DNA of 64,000 bases from Planctomycetales bacterium (GTDB lineage: Bacteria > Planctomycetota > Phycisphaerae > SM23-33), in assembly GCA_030612725.1 (NCBI GenBank), contig JAUWNJ010000002.1, positions 64,542 through 128,541 on the forward strand, in the 5' to 3' direction. Positions within the stretch are counted from its first letter, which is position 1. Each line of letters begins with the position of its first letter. The notes under the pieces were generated by a model. It was not told the DNA's origin, did not search any database, and saw only the letters and a program-made list of their open reading frames with translations. The position numbers were made by a program, and so were the translations under genes. This document shows positions 18,653-28,877 of this stretch, piece after piece.

Positions 18653-18813
18653 GGTAAAAAATCGGCTCAAACCTTACACAACATTCGTGCCGAAATGCAG
18701 TGCTGGAAAAATTAGTCAGACACGATTGACTCCGTATCGTTATGATTGTAGAATACGTGCGGTTAGATGAGGGATTTGTCAGCGATTTGGTTAGATGATT
18801 ATTGAGGTAGGAA

Positions 18814-19047
18814 ATGGCACATAAAAAGGGACAAGGTTCTTCTCGTAACGGTAGAGACTCAAACGCCCAGAATCGTGGCGTCAAGCGGTTCGGTGGTCAG
18901 ACGGTATTGGCCGGTACGATTATCGTTCGTCAATGCGGTACTCCCAAGAAACCCGGGGTCAACGTCGGAATTGGACGCGATAACACGCTCTTCGCCAAAA
19001 GCGACGGATGCGTACGCTTTCGCGGGCGCTTCGTGGACATCATCTAA
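18814..19047 (+). CDS. rpmA: 50S ribosomal protein L27
   Basis: [24 protein letters not shown]. Confidence 0.98.
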   Translation: MAHKKGQGSSRNGRDSNAQNRGVKRFGGQTVLAGTIIVRQCGTPKKPGVNVGIGRDNTLFAKSDGCVRFRGRFVDII

Positions 19048-19179
19048 TTTCCAGTTTCCGATTTTCAATTGCGGTTGGATTCTGTGCTATCTTGACCGAC
19101 ATCAACACCCAGCGGAGAATTCCTGCGGATTGACAATCGACAATTGACAATCGGCAATCCCATAGGGATGCCTACGGCA
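19047..19179. repeat. Degenerate heptamer element between rpmA and obgE, plus a mini-hairpin 21-mer
   Basis: atttccagtttccgattttcaattgc ... gattgacaatcgacaattgacaatcggcaatc, then cccatagggatgcctacggca. Confidence 0.6.
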
Positions 19180-19184
19180 TTGAA

Positions 19185-20954
19185 ATGTTTTTGGACGAAG
19201 TGAACATTATGGTAATCGCCGGTAACGGCGGGGATGGGTGCGTAAGTTTCCGGCGAGAGAAATTCATCCCCCACGGCGGCCCGGACGGGGGAGACGGGGG
19301 AAACGGCGGGAGCGTTTATTGCCTGGCTGACCCTACCGTCAACACACTCTACCACATTGCCGGCAAACACCACTGGAAAGCCACTCACGGCGGCAGGGGA
19401 ATGGGTAAAAAATGCCATGGCCGCAACGGTGTTGATGTTGTCGTTCGCGTCCCGCCCGGAACGATTATCCACGATGCCGAGCACGGCATAGTGCTCAAAG
19501 ACCTCGCCGAAGAGGGCCAAAAGGTTTGCGTCGCACAAGGCGGCCACGGCGGCAAGGGCAACGTCCATTTCGCCACTTCAACCCATCAGACCCCGCGCGA
19601 AGCCATACCGGGTAAGTCAGGACAGACCCGCCGGCTTCACATGGAACTCAAACTCGTCGCCGACGTAGGGCTTGCAGGACTTCCGAACGCCGGTAAAAGC
19701 ACGCTCCTGCGACGACTGTCCGCCGCCAGACCCAAAGTGGCTGATTATCCGTTCACTACGCTTGAGCCGGTTCTCGGAATCGTGGAACTATCAGGGCATC
19801 GACGGTTCGTCATGGTTGATATTCCGGGGCTTATTGAAGGCGCGCATCGTGGCGTGGGGCTGGGCGAGGAGTTTCTCAGGCATGTCCAGCGGGCTTCGAT
19901 TCTCGTCCATATCGTCGATATCTGCCCGCAGACCGGCGATGCCGTCGAAAATTACCACACGATCAATGACGAACTGCGACAGTATTCGTCGGAATTGGCC
20001 GAAAAACCGCAGATCGTCGTCGCAAACAAAATGGACCTGACCGACAGCGACGAAAACCTCGCCCGATTCACCCAAGCCGTCGAATGCGATGTCATCGCCA
20101 TATCAGCAGTTACCGGAAAAGGGCTCGATAAACTGACCGAACGGATATGGAAAGTGCTGAAGGACAGGGACTTGGGACTAGGGATTAGGGAAAAGAAGAA
20201 ACATATGAACAAGACCGAATCCATTCTTGCTTGTGATGTCGGAAATTCTCGGATTGCGGTGGGATGCGTGGTCGATGAGGAAGTTTCGCACGTCCGGCAA
20301 GTTTCCCCCGACAATCTCGGCGATGCGCTGGCGGATTTATGGTCCGAGTGTCCCAAGCCGGCGATAATCGCAGCCTGTTCGGTCCAGGCTGAATATCTGG
20401 CGGAACTTGAAAAGGCGTCCAAACATATCGACCAGAAGGTTCTCGTGGTTGGGCGCGACCTTCCGCTGCCGATAGAGACGAATCTGTCCGAACCGGAAAG
20501 TATCGGAACCGACCGTCTTTGCGCAGCGGCGATGGCGTATCACCGCCTCGGCAGTGCCTGCGTCGTAGCCGATTTCGGTACAGCCATTACCATCGACTGC
20601 GTTAATGACGAGGGCGTCTTCCTCGGCGGAGCGATCCTGCCGGGGCTTGGTCTGTCCGCCGAGGCGTTGGCTAACGGTACGTCGGCCCTGCCTGCTGTGG
20701 AGTTGACCAAACCTGATTGGGTTTTCGGAGCCGACACACGCCAGGCAATTATCGGCGGGATAGTTACCGGCGCACGTGGCGCGATGAGGGAACTTGTCGA
20801 ATCCTACGCAACAGAATTAGGCGCTTGGCCCGAAGTAATCCTCACCGGCGGCGACGCCGAGATTGTCGGAGCAGGCTGCGACATAGTCAACGCCATCATC
20901 CCGGACTTGACGCTGTTGGGGGTTGCGCTATCGGCCCGGAATGTTCAGAAATGA
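19185..20954 (+). CDS. obgE: GTPase ObgE in-frame with type III pantothenate kinase CoaX (CoaX ATG at 20205)
   Basis: Obg glycine-rich domain, GLPNAGKS, YPFTTL, DIPG and NKMD; then CDVGNS, GTDR, DFGTAIT and GGAILPG (CoaX). There is no stop between the two. Confidence 0.9.
   Translation: MFLDEVNIMVIAGNGGDGCVSFRREKFIPHGGPDGGDGGNGGSVYCLADPTVNTLYHIAGKHHWKATHGGRGMGKKCHGRNGVDVVVRVPPGTIIHDAEHGIVLKDLAEEGQKVCVAQGGHGGKGNVHFATSTHQTPREAIPGKSGQTRRLHMELKLVADVGLAGLPNAGKSTLLRRLSAARPKVADYPFTTLEPVLGIVELSGHRRFVMVDIPGLIEGAHRGVGLGEEFLRHVQRASILVHIVDICPQTGDAVENYHTINDELRQYSSELAEKPQIVVANKMDLTDSDENLARFTQAVECDVIAISAVTGKGLDKLTERIWKVLKDRDLGLGIREKKKHMNKTESILACDVGNSRIAVGCVVDEEVSHVRQVSPDNLGDALADLWSECPKPAIIAACSVQAEYLAELEKASKHIDQKVLVVGRDLPLPIETNLSEPESIGTDRLCAAAMAYHRLGSACVVADFGTAITIDCVNDEGVFLGGAILPGLGLSAEALANGTSALPAVELTKPDWVFGADTRQAIIGGIVTGARGAMRELVESYATELGAWPEVILTGGDAEIVGAGCDIVNAIIPDLTLLGVALSARNVQK
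20165..20192 (+). repeat. Heptamer arm (TWGGGAC) forming the ObgE-CoaX linker
   Basis: CAGGGAC-TTGGGAC-TAGGGAT-TAGGGAA; near-identical to 34820-34847 (minus strand) and related to 53551-53582. Confidence 0.8.
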
Positions 20955-22078
20955 ACTCGCCGACGATAACATCGGCATCGCTGGTTACTTCGCCCGCTCG
21001 CGGCGGAATCGCCGTCATTATCCTGACAGGCCCGGAAACCAAACGAATCATCGGCGAAATCTTCCGACCAGTATCGCAGACCGGCGGGCAGGGGAGCTTG
21101 GCATTGGGGCGAATTGTCCGTGATGGCGAGGTGCTCGACGAGGCGATTGTCTCAACACTCGCCGACGATTGTTGCGAGATTAACATCCACGGCGGGCCTC
21201 ACGTTGCGAGAAAAGTCCTTTCGCTATTGTCTGAACGAGGCGTACATATTGTTTCTGATTGCCAAGCCGATTCGACGCTGACGCTGTCTGCGCCGGGGCT
21301 GGGAAATTCCGCAATTACGGAAGAATTTCTCTCGGCATTACGCAAGGTATCTACGCCGCTTGGGGCATCGGCATTGAGTTGCCAATGGTCGGGCGGATTG
21401 TCGGTGTTGGCGAATCGGACGAAAGTCGATGCCGCTGCTCTCCGCGCTGCCGCCGATGCGATTCCGATAATGCGCCGATTACTGGAACCGGCTGAGATCG
21501 TCATCGCCGGACCCCCCAATGCCGGAAAAAGCGCCCTGGCTAACGCGCTGGTCGGGCGAAATGTCGCCATAGTGTCCGAAACGCCGGGCACGACGCGGGA
21601 CTGGGTACGCACTCTTACCGACGCCGACGGCGTACCAATCTGGTTGACCGACACTGCCGGACTTTGGGAAGAAGCCGAAGGTATCGACGCCGAAGCCGTC
21701 CGGCGAGCATGGGAACGGATCGAATCAGCCGACCTGGTTATCTGTGTTACCGTCGGCGACGATGACGGATATGACGGCCTGGTCGCACATCTCCACACGC
21801 TGACGAATGTCATTAATGTCGTCGGAAAATGCGATATTACCCGCCCGGAAGAATGTAAGGGGAAACTGGCAGTCTCTGCCAAGACATTTACCGGAATTAC
21901 CGATCTTCGACGGGCCATTTGCGAGGATTTGGGGTTTGGTGGCTTCGATCCGTCTTCAGCGATGGCATTCACCGAGCGCCAGGTCGAATGGCTTGGTATC
22001 GCTGCCGAGGCGATTGACCGGGGCGATCAGGCAGGAGCACGATTGGCATTGGAGAATCTGCTCCAAGCCGACGGATAG
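20951..22078 (+). CDS. MnmE/TrmE-like GTPase (short, lacks the C-terminal FCxGK)
   Basis: Motifs RGGIAVI, EINIHGG, GPPNAGKS, PGTTRD and DTAG; ATGA overlap with coaX. Confidence 0.8.
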   Translation: MNSPTITSASLVTSPARGGIAVIILTGPETKRIIGEIFRPVSQTGGQGSLALGRIVRDGEVLDEAIVSTLADDCCEINIHGGPHVARKVLSLLSERGVHIVSDCQADSTLTLSAPGLGNSAITEEFLSALRKVSTPLGASALSCQWSGGLSVLANRTKVDAAALRAAADAIPIMRRLLEPAEIVIAGPPNAGKSALANALVGRNVAIVSETPGTTRDWVRTLTDADGVPIWLTDTAGLWEEAEGIDAEAVRRAWERIESADLVICVTVGDDDGYDGLVAHLHTLTNVINVVGKCDITRPEECKGKLAVSAKTFTGITDLRRAICEDLGFGGFDPSSAMAFTERQVEWLGIAAEAIDRGDQAGARLALENLLQADG

Positions 22079-22338
22079 CTATCCGTCGGCTTGGACATCT
22101 ACCGGTTGTGCAATGTGTAGCGTTTGGGTAAAATAGACAAGGTTGCAGAGAATTCCCGATGCTTCTAAAATTTATTAAAAATTTGTATTGAAACTGTCTG
22201 GTCCTGTGCTGTAAGATAGAGTGGTCATTTCGAGCGGTGAAGGTGCGGTTGATAATTGGGGTCAAACCACCATGCCTGCTCAATTCCAGTCATATGTGCT
22301 TTTCGGAATGTTCGAGATTTTATCGGAAATCGTGAGGC

Positions 22339-22551
22339 GTGGAGCGTACAGTGAAACTATGGATAAAAGTACGGCGTAACGACGGGGGCGGATTCACCGC
22401 TATCTGTCCGTCGCTTCCGGGGTGTGTCTCTGCCGGCCTGACCGCTCAACAGGCCAGAGAGAATCTGGAAGAGGCCATTCGTGGATACCTTGCCAGCGTA
22501 AATAACTTTGTACCGGCCCATCTCCACGAAATGCTGGTGTATCAGTCCTGA
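22339..22551 (+). CDS. HicB-family antitoxin-like protein
   Basis: GGFTAICPSLPGCVSAGLTAQQARENLEEAIRGYL. Confidence 0.85.
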   Translation: MERTVKLWIKVRRNDGGGFTAICPSLPGCVSAGLTAQQARENLEEAIRGYLASVNNFVPAHLHEMLVYQS

Positions 22552-22661
22552 AATAATTTCGCACCAGGGAGGGTGTGCGTAAAGGGGGAATATATTGTCT
22601 TATAACACCATCAAATGATTACCACTATCCCGAAACTGGTCGAAGACTTTTCTGAAACCGT

Positions 22662-25600
22662 TTAGCGTATCTTGACAGTCTTGATCTCAAACGCCCGGAA
22701 GTTGAGAGTTATCGCGCCGTCTTTACTCACGCGCAATTTCCGAAACGGCGTTTCCAGCATGTCGCACTCGGAGGCCGTTTTTACCGGTGTCGCAACATTC
22801 AGGCGAACTTTCGCCGCACTACCGGCGGATTCGTACAGCCGGAGGATTAAGTCGCCGCCGTCTTCGGCAATCTTTACCGTTTCGACAACAACCGAATTTC
22901 CCGAAACCTGAAGGAAGGAGAACTCCCCGCCGGACTTCGACGAGCTCAGTCGAGTCGCGTATTGCCCCGGCTCGACGGAGGCGGGGACGTTGAGTTCGTA
23001 GGCGGCGCGGACGACGTCGCTTTCGGTAAATCCGCCGTTGTGCGGCAGCAGGGCGTAGGTAAAGACGTGTTCGCCCTTATCTGCCTGTCCGTCCGGCGCA
23101 ACGGGCGCACGCAGCAGACTCAGACGCAACACACCGTCCAAAATGTCGTAGCCGTATTTGCAATCGTTCAAAACGGCGATGCCATAGTGTGCCTCGCTCA
23201 GGTCGGCCCATTTCTGCGCAGGCCATTCGAACCGTGCCTTTTCAAATTCCGTATTGCGGTGGGTGGGGCGGACGACGTGCCCGAACTGTATCTCCCCGCG
23301 CAGCGTGGATGAAGACAAATCGGCTGGGAAGGCGACCTTCAGCAGGCGATGCGTCTCCCGCCAATCGACGCGCGTTTCAAAATCTATTCGGCGCGAACCG
23401 GCGCGAAGGACTATCTCCTGCTGCAGGCTCGACCGACTCACCTTACGGGTTACCGCTATGCGAGCCTCCAGAGGTCCGTCCGCGATGATTTCGACCCGTT
23501 GGGCAGGGCCGATCCGAACAGGCGTGGTCCTGTAAGGCTCGTCGATGTCCCACGCGTCGAACTTTGCGGGGTTGTCGCGGTACAGTTCCAGGCGATTCAT
23601 AACCTCGCCTGTCTTTACCAATCGTCGACCGGCGGCCTTGTCCAGCAATTGGGCGATCTGACCTCGCTTGTCGATTAGCAGGCGAAGGTGTTCGTTTTCC
23701 ATGACGATTCCGCCTCGCGACGCCTTCGCCGTTACGGGCGACGGACAGTCGGCGGGTTTTCCGGGAAGGACTTTTATCGTCTTGCATCCAACCGAGGGGA
23801 TATTCGGCACAGCCACCAGGAGCCGGCGATTCCGTACCCGCCCGACAATCCGGCTCGGAAGGGGAGTACCGTCGCAATCGACGACTTGGCCGACTTTACC
23901 CTCAACCGGCAGACTTACCACGGCGTCTCGCCGCCAGGACAGCGTGTTCCATACGGTCCAACCGGACCGACCGGTGGTTAGGACCTTTTGGGCCGACGAT
24001 GTGATTTCTTCACATTCCGCCAGGATTTTCCCGTACAACGCTTCGGCCTCTTCGTTCACACGTTGGATGGACGAGCCGGGAAGTATGTCGTGGAACTGGT
24101 TCAGCAGCAGACCTTTCCATGCCTTTTCCAATCGTTCGCGCGGAACCTTTCGTCCTCGCGTTACCGAAGCAATGGCCGAGAAGATTTCGGCTTCGCGCAG
24201 CGCGAATTCGCACTTTCGATTACCACGCTTGATGCGTGCCTGGCTGGTGTAAGTACCGCGATGAAATTCATAATATAGTTCGCCGACATAGCGGTCCTGC
24301 GGCGGGCCTGACTTTTCCAACTCGGCGAAGAACTCCCTCGGAGATGCTATGCGGGTGCGGGGCAGACCTTCCAGGTCGCCCTCGCGCCGGAGGTATTCAA
24401 GGTGGTCGCGCGTCGGTCCGCCGCCACCGTCGCCCCATCCGAACGGATAGAGCAACTTGTCGGTTTCGTCCTTGTGTACGCAATCGCCCCATCGTTTGGC
24501 GACAGATTCAGGGTCCGTTCGGGCATTGTAGTCGCGGTGAAAATGGGCGAGGACGCCGCTGCCATCGATACCTTCCCAGGTGAATGTCTCGTATGGGAAG
24601 GTCGTCCCGCCGTGGAGATTCCAGAATATCTTGGCAGTGGTGAAGTATTTTACGCCACACCCGAGGAGAATCTGCGGCAGGCTGCCGCTGTAGCCAAACA
24701 CGTCCGGCAACCAGCATACCTCGCTGTCGATGCCGAAGTGCTCCTTGAAGTAACGTTTTCCGTAGAGGAGTTGGCGGATGATCGCCTCGCCGCCTGATAT
24801 GTTGGTGTCCGGTTCGACCCACATTGCTCCGTCGGGAATCCACTGCCCGCGTCGCACAGCCCGGCGAATATCCTCGAAAATATCCGGATAGTCCCGACTT
24901 GCGTACTCGTACAACTGCGGCTGGCTCTGGAGAAAGCGGTATTCGGGATATTGTTTCATCAGCGCCAATGCGGTGGAAAAAGTAGCGCCGACCTTGCGAT
25001 AACTCTGCGCCAGAGGCCAGCGCCAGGCTACGTCTATATGGGCATGTCCGAAGCAGAACATCTCCGGCATTGTCGGCCCGTTGCGGGAGGACAGCAGGTC
25101 GGACAGAATTGCTTTGGCTGCGGCGAGTGAACTATCGAAAACTACCGCATCGGCCTCCGGATCGATCAGGGCGGTAACCTTTTTGATTGCCTTTTCCAGG
25201 CGATGGCGGCGGAGCGAATCGTCCGGTAAAGCCTCGGCCAATCCCCAGACGGTCGTCGCGTCGAGCCATAACTGATAGGTCTGCTCGTTCCATTCGGCCA
25301 GCCACAGTCCTTTGAATGTCTGCTGGGCATGGGGGGTCGGTGGAATCGGGTCCGTACCGGGTAAAACATATGGCCTGTGAGAAGGAGTGGGGCCGTGCCC
25401 GGCATAGGTCTCGATAAGGATTTTCAGTGTACCGGCGCCTTTGACCAGGCGAGACAAGTCCACTTCGCGGTGGTATTTATTCAGGCCTCCGACGGCCCGA
25501 CCGGCAACGAAAACGACTGACTCGGCGTCGATGTTACCCGTCAGGACAATGGTTTTGCTTTTCGTCGCGCGTGGAACGTCCGCCTTGCATCGAAACCAGG

Positions 25601-25796
25601 CATACTGCCATTTCCGTCCCCACTTCCTGCCCCGGCGGATCGGGCGATATCGCAGGCGGGAAGATTGGGACGGTGTGAGATGCTCCGATGTTACGGCAAA
25701 TTCAGCCGGTAACTCCACAACCGGCGAAACGACTCGATTGCGAATCGCCTCCAGCCAATGCTCTATACGAGCCTTCCAGACAGTCGGTATCGTCAT
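22662..25796 (-). CDS. Alpha-mannosidase (GH38)
   Basis: Motifs GHAHIDVAWRW, WLPDVFGYS, GDGGGGPT, HRGTYTSQ and QFHDILPGSSI; ATG 25796 preferred because the longer frame runs through a repeat. Confidence 0.95.
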   Translation of the reverse strand: MTIPTVWKARIEHWLEAIRNRVVSPVVELPAEFAVTSEHLTPSQSSRLRYRPIRRGRKWGRKWQYAWFRCKADVPRATKSKTIVLTGNIDAESVVFVAGRAVGGLNKYHREVDLSRLVKGAGTLKILIETYAGHGPTPSHRPYVLPGTDPIPPTPHAQQTFKGLWLAEWNEQTYQLWLDATTVWGLAEALPDDSLRRHRLEKAIKKVTALIDPEADAVVFDSSLAAAKAILSDLLSSRNGPTMPEMFCFGHAHIDVAWRWPLAQSYRKVGATFSTALALMKQYPEYRFLQSQPQLYEYASRDYPDIFEDIRRAVRRGQWIPDGAMWVEPDTNISGGEAIIRQLLYGKRYFKEHFGIDSEVCWLPDVFGYSGSLPQILLGCGVKYFTTAKIFWNLHGGTTFPYETFTWEGIDGSGVLAHFHRDYNARTDPESVAKRWGDCVHKDETDKLLYPFGWGDGGGGPTRDHLEYLRREGDLEGLPRTRIASPREFFAELEKSGPPQDRYVGELYYEFHRGTYTSQARIKRGNRKCEFALREAEIFSAIASVTRGRKVPRERLEKAWKGLLLNQFHDILPGSSIQRVNEEAEALYGKILAECEEITSSAQKVLTTGRSGWTVWNTLSWRRDAVVSLPVEGKVGQVVDCDGTPLPSRIVGRVRNRRLLVAVPNIPSVGCKTIKVLPGKPADCPSPVTAKASRGGIVMENEHLRLLIDKRGQIAQLLDKAAGRRLVKTGEVMNRLELYRDNPAKFDAWDIDEPYRTTPVRIGPAQRVEIIADGPLEARIAVTRKVSRSSLQQEIVLRAGSRRIDFETRVDWRETHRLLKVAFPADLSSSTLRGEIQFGHVVRPTHRNTEFEKARFEWPAQKWADLSEAHYGIAVLNDCKYGYDILDGVLRLSLLRAPVAPDGQADKGEHVFTYALLPHNGGFTESDVVRAAYELNVPASVEPGQYATRLSSSKSGGEFSFLQVSGNSVVVETVKIAEDGGDLILRLYESAGSAAKVRLNVATPVKTASECDMLETPFRKLRVSKDGAITLNFRAFEIKTVKIR

Positions 25797-25817
25797 TGCA
25801 GAAAATCCTTTCCGAAG

Positions 25818-25910
25818 AAAAAGAGGACGGGGTCTCTTTCCCGCATCATTCACAAGATTTCTTCTTATACTCTCTCCTGCCGGCAAAAAAAAGACTCCCG
25901 CCCCCTTTTC
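25818..25910. repeat. Inverted pair of the AAAAGACTCCCG-CCCCTTT repeat in a divergent promoter region
   Basis: aaaaagaggacggggtctcttt ... aaaaagactcccgcccccttttc. Confidence 0.6.
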
Positions 25911-25951
25911 CCTTGTGGTATCCTTACCGCTCAACAGTGAAAGGAAGAAGT

Positions 25952-27205
25952 ATGTTCAAAAATGTGAACGACTTGACCGACGCCGTACGAAAGGCCGTTG
26001 AGACGACCGTTGTTACCGATGTCCACACGCACCTGTTCCCGCCGAGTTATGACGAGGCGTTGCTCTGGGGCGCAGACGAGATATTAACCTATCATTACCT
26101 GGTAACGGAACTGTTCACCGTCGCGCCACACAGCCTGACGTGTGAAAAATTCTTTTCCCTTCCGAAATCCGCACAGGCCGACCTGGTTTGGGAGCATATT
26201 TTCCTCAAGGGCGGCGCGCTGTCCGAAGCCGCTCGCGGCGTAATCACAACCTTCAACCATCTCGGTCTGGACGTAGCCGGACGCGACCTCGCCGGGATAC
26301 GGAAATGGTTCGCCGAACAGAATATCGACGAATACCTCGCCAAAGTCTTCGAAATGGCGAATATCGATTACGCCGTGATGACCAACAGCGCCTTCAGCGC
26401 CGCCGAAGCCGATTTCTGGCGGCAGGACCTGCCGGTACCAGATTGTCTCAAGACATCGCTGCGAATTGATACGCTGTTCGACGACGGTTGGGAAAAGGCA
26501 GTCGAAGTCATGTCCGATGCCGGTTACGACGTCAAGATCGAGCCGGATGATAAGACCTACGACGAAGTCCGCCGTTTTCTTGTCGATTGGTCGGAGCGGA
26601 TTAAACCGGTGTACTTCGCCGCTTCGATCGGACCTGATGAATTCGCCTATGGCGACGATAATCCGTTCACCCATGTGATTGATCGGGCGGTCATGCCGGC
26701 AGCGGTCGAGGTCGGCGTGCCTTTCGCGTTGATGATAGGCGCGCGCGGGGCAGTGAACCCGAACCTTCGCGCCGGCGGCGCAGGTGTAGGGGTCGCCGAC
26801 GTAATGTCCCTGACGAGAATGCTCCAGAACCACGCCGATGGAAAATTCCTCGTTACGATGCTCTCACGCGACAACCAGCACGAACTGACCGTCCTTGCCC
26901 GGAAATTCGGTAATCTGCACCTGTTCGGATGCTGGTGGTACTGCAATAACCCGAGCATCATCGACGAAATGACGCGCCAGAGGCTCGAACTGCTGGGAAC
27001 GGCCTTTACTTCCCAGCACTCCGACGCCCGCGTACTGGACCAGTTAATCTATAAATGGAGCCATACGCGGAAGATCGTCGCCGACATCCTCGTCGAGAAG
27101 TACAGCGACCTGTTCGCTGCCGGGTGGAGGCCGACTCAGGAGGAAATCACCCGCGACGTCCGCGCCATCTTTGGCGGGTCGTTTGAGGCGTTCCTGGAAA
27201 AATGA
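25952..27205 (+). CDS. uxaC: Glucuronate (uronate) isomerase, amidohydrolase fold
   Basis: Motifs DVHTHL, LTYHYLV, FGCWWY and QHSDARVLDQLIYKW; AAGGA RBS before ATG 25952. Confidence 0.88.
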   Translation: MFKNVNDLTDAVRKAVETTVVTDVHTHLFPPSYDEALLWGADEILTYHYLVTELFTVAPHSLTCEKFFSLPKSAQADLVWEHIFLKGGALSEAARGVITTFNHLGLDVAGRDLAGIRKWFAEQNIDEYLAKVFEMANIDYAVMTNSAFSAAEADFWRQDLPVPDCLKTSLRIDTLFDDGWEKAVEVMSDAGYDVKIEPDDKTYDEVRRFLVDWSERIKPVYFAASIGPDEFAYGDDNPFTHVIDRAVMPAAVEVGVPFALMIGARGAVNPNLRAGGAGVGVADVMSLTRMLQNHADGKFLVTMLSRDNQHELTVLARKFGNLHLFGCWWYCNNPSIIDEMTRQRLELLGTAFTSQHSDARVLDQLIYKWSHTRKIVADILVEKYSDLFAAGWRPTQEEITRDVRAIFGGSFEAFLEK

Positions 27206-27242
27206 AACCCGCATCCGACACTAAAATGACAAGACAGCAGAT

Positions 27243-28097
27243 ATGAGTAAAGATTTGTCTCATCCGAAGTTTCCGTTGATTCCCGGCATCGCCGGCGGGC
27301 TTGGGCCTTTTGCGCATGTCGGGTTCGAGAAGCGCCTTCTGGAACTGTCGGCTGAACGTTTCGGCGCAGACGGCGACGCCGATTTCCCCGAATGGATTGT
27401 ATCGAGCGTTCCGCAGGTTCCCGTCCGGTCCGAAGCGCTTCTCGGAAAGGCATCCGACCCCAAGCCGTTCCTGCTCCGGTCGTTTCGCCGACTCGAGCGG
27501 GCCGGCGCCGATTTCCTGTGCGTTACATGCAACACAGCCCACGCCTTCCTTCCGGCAATCGCCGACGAGATACCGCTGCCACTTATTCACGTTGCTATCG
27601 AGACGGTCGATTATGTGCTTCGGCATTATCCGTCGGTAAAGCGTGTGGGGCTTTTGGCGACGACGGGGATATGCCGGTTCGGACTGTTCAGCCAAATCTT
27701 CGCCGGTAGGGGAGTCGAGTTGGTTTATCCGCCCGACAGCGAGGATGAATCCGACCCGTCGAATCTAATGGAAAGACTCGTCATGCAGGCGATTTATGGT
27801 CCTTATGTCGATGGTAAACGCTCCGGCGGGATCAAAACCGGGCTGATCGATGAGGGCGACCCTTCGCCGAAGGAGTTGCTGCGGGAGGCAGCCAGGGGGC
27901 TGGTCGAGCAGCAGGGGGCGGAAGTTGTCATTGTCGCCTGTTCGGAAATTTCGCTGGCCATGGGTCCGGAAGATGCTTCGGTTCCGGTCGTCGATACAAT
28001 GGACGTTCTGGCATTGGCTGTACTGGACCTGGCCCGGGGCGAGCGTTCGCTGCAAGACCTGCCTGACCCCGACGCCTGGCCTGATCCGAAACAGTAA
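27243..28097 (+). CDS. Aspartate/glutamate racemase family protein
   Basis: GIAGGLGP; catalytic motifs CNTAH and ACSEI; VGLLATTG. Confidence 0.88.
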   Translation: MSKDLSHPKFPLIPGIAGGLGPFAHVGFEKRLLELSAERFGADGDADFPEWIVSSVPQVPVRSEALLGKASDPKPFLLRSFRRLERAGADFLCVTCNTAHAFLPAIADEIPLPLIHVAIETVDYVLRHYPSVKRVGLLATTGICRFGLFSQIFAGRGVELVYPPDSEDESDPSNLMERLVMQAIYGPYVDGKRSGGIKTGLIDEGDPSPKELLREAARGLVEQQGAEVVIVACSEISLAMGPEDASVPVVDTMDVLALAVLDLARGERSLQDLPDPDAWPDPKQ

Positions 28098-28175
28098 CCC
28101 GGCTGGGAATATACACAATATTACGATATAGTACCGATTACGTTGGTTTTGCCCTTTTGGGCAGGACAGTGTTGA

Positions 28176-28877
28176 ATGGTTATTTCCGGTTCTAATCCGT
28201 GGGGGCGGTTGAACAGCGGGCCTTTGATTGCGCCGTCGCTGCTGGCGTGTGATTTCGCGCGTGTCGGCGAGCAGGTTGACGCTGTCGTCGCCGCCGGGGC
28301 AGAGGTTCTGCACGTCGATATAATGGACGGGCATTTTGTACCGAATCTGTCGATGGGGCCTGGGTTCGTCAAGAGCATCCGCGCCTTTACCGATTGCCCG
28401 CTCGACGTGCATATTATGGTGTCCGACCCGCTTTATTTCGCCGAACGGTTCGCCGATGCCGGTGCTGATTCGGTTACTTTCCACATCGAAGCCGCCGATA
28501 AACCACGCGAAATAATAGATTTGCTTCGATGCCGAGGTTTGGGGGTGGGCGTGTCCGTAAAACCCACTACACAGGCCGGGGCGATTGACGGTATAATACA
28601 GGACGTCGATCTGGTATTGGTGATGACGGTCGAGCCTGGTTATGGTGGGCAGAAGTTTATGGAAGATCAGTTACCGAAGATCGAGCGGATTCGCTCCGTA
28701 CTTCGTCCTGAGCAGCGTCTCCAGGTCGATGGCGGGATTAATCCGATTACTGCCGCCCGTTGCGCATCCGCCGGTGCGGACGTATTCGTAGCAGGCGCAA
28801 ACATCTTTGGCAGCAGCAATATCGCCGAAGCAATAACTCTTTTACAGAATGTAGTTACAGAGAAAATAGATAAATAA
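28176..28877 (+). CDS. rpe: Ribulose-phosphate 3-epimerase
   Basis: Motifs IAPSLL, LHVDIMDGHFVPN, MTVEPGYGGQ and VDGGIN. Confidence 0.97.
   Translation: MVISGSNPWGRLNSGPLIAPSLLACDFARVGEQVDAVVAAGAEVLHVDIMDGHFVPNLSMGPGFVKSIRAFTDCPLDVHIMVSDPLYFAERFADAGADSVTFHIEAADKPREIIDLLRCRGLGVGVSVKPTTQAGAIDGIIQDVDLVLVMTVEPGYGGQKFMEDQLPKIERIRSVLRPEQRLQVDGGINPITAARCASAGADVFVAGANIFGSSNIAEAITLLQNVVTEKIDK

Noticed and set aside
25797..25951. Long N-terminal extensions of the GH38 and uxaC ORFs overlapping head-to-head
   Set aside because: The extensions run through an inverted repeat in the divergent promoter; downstream ATGs (25796 and 25952) fit better.
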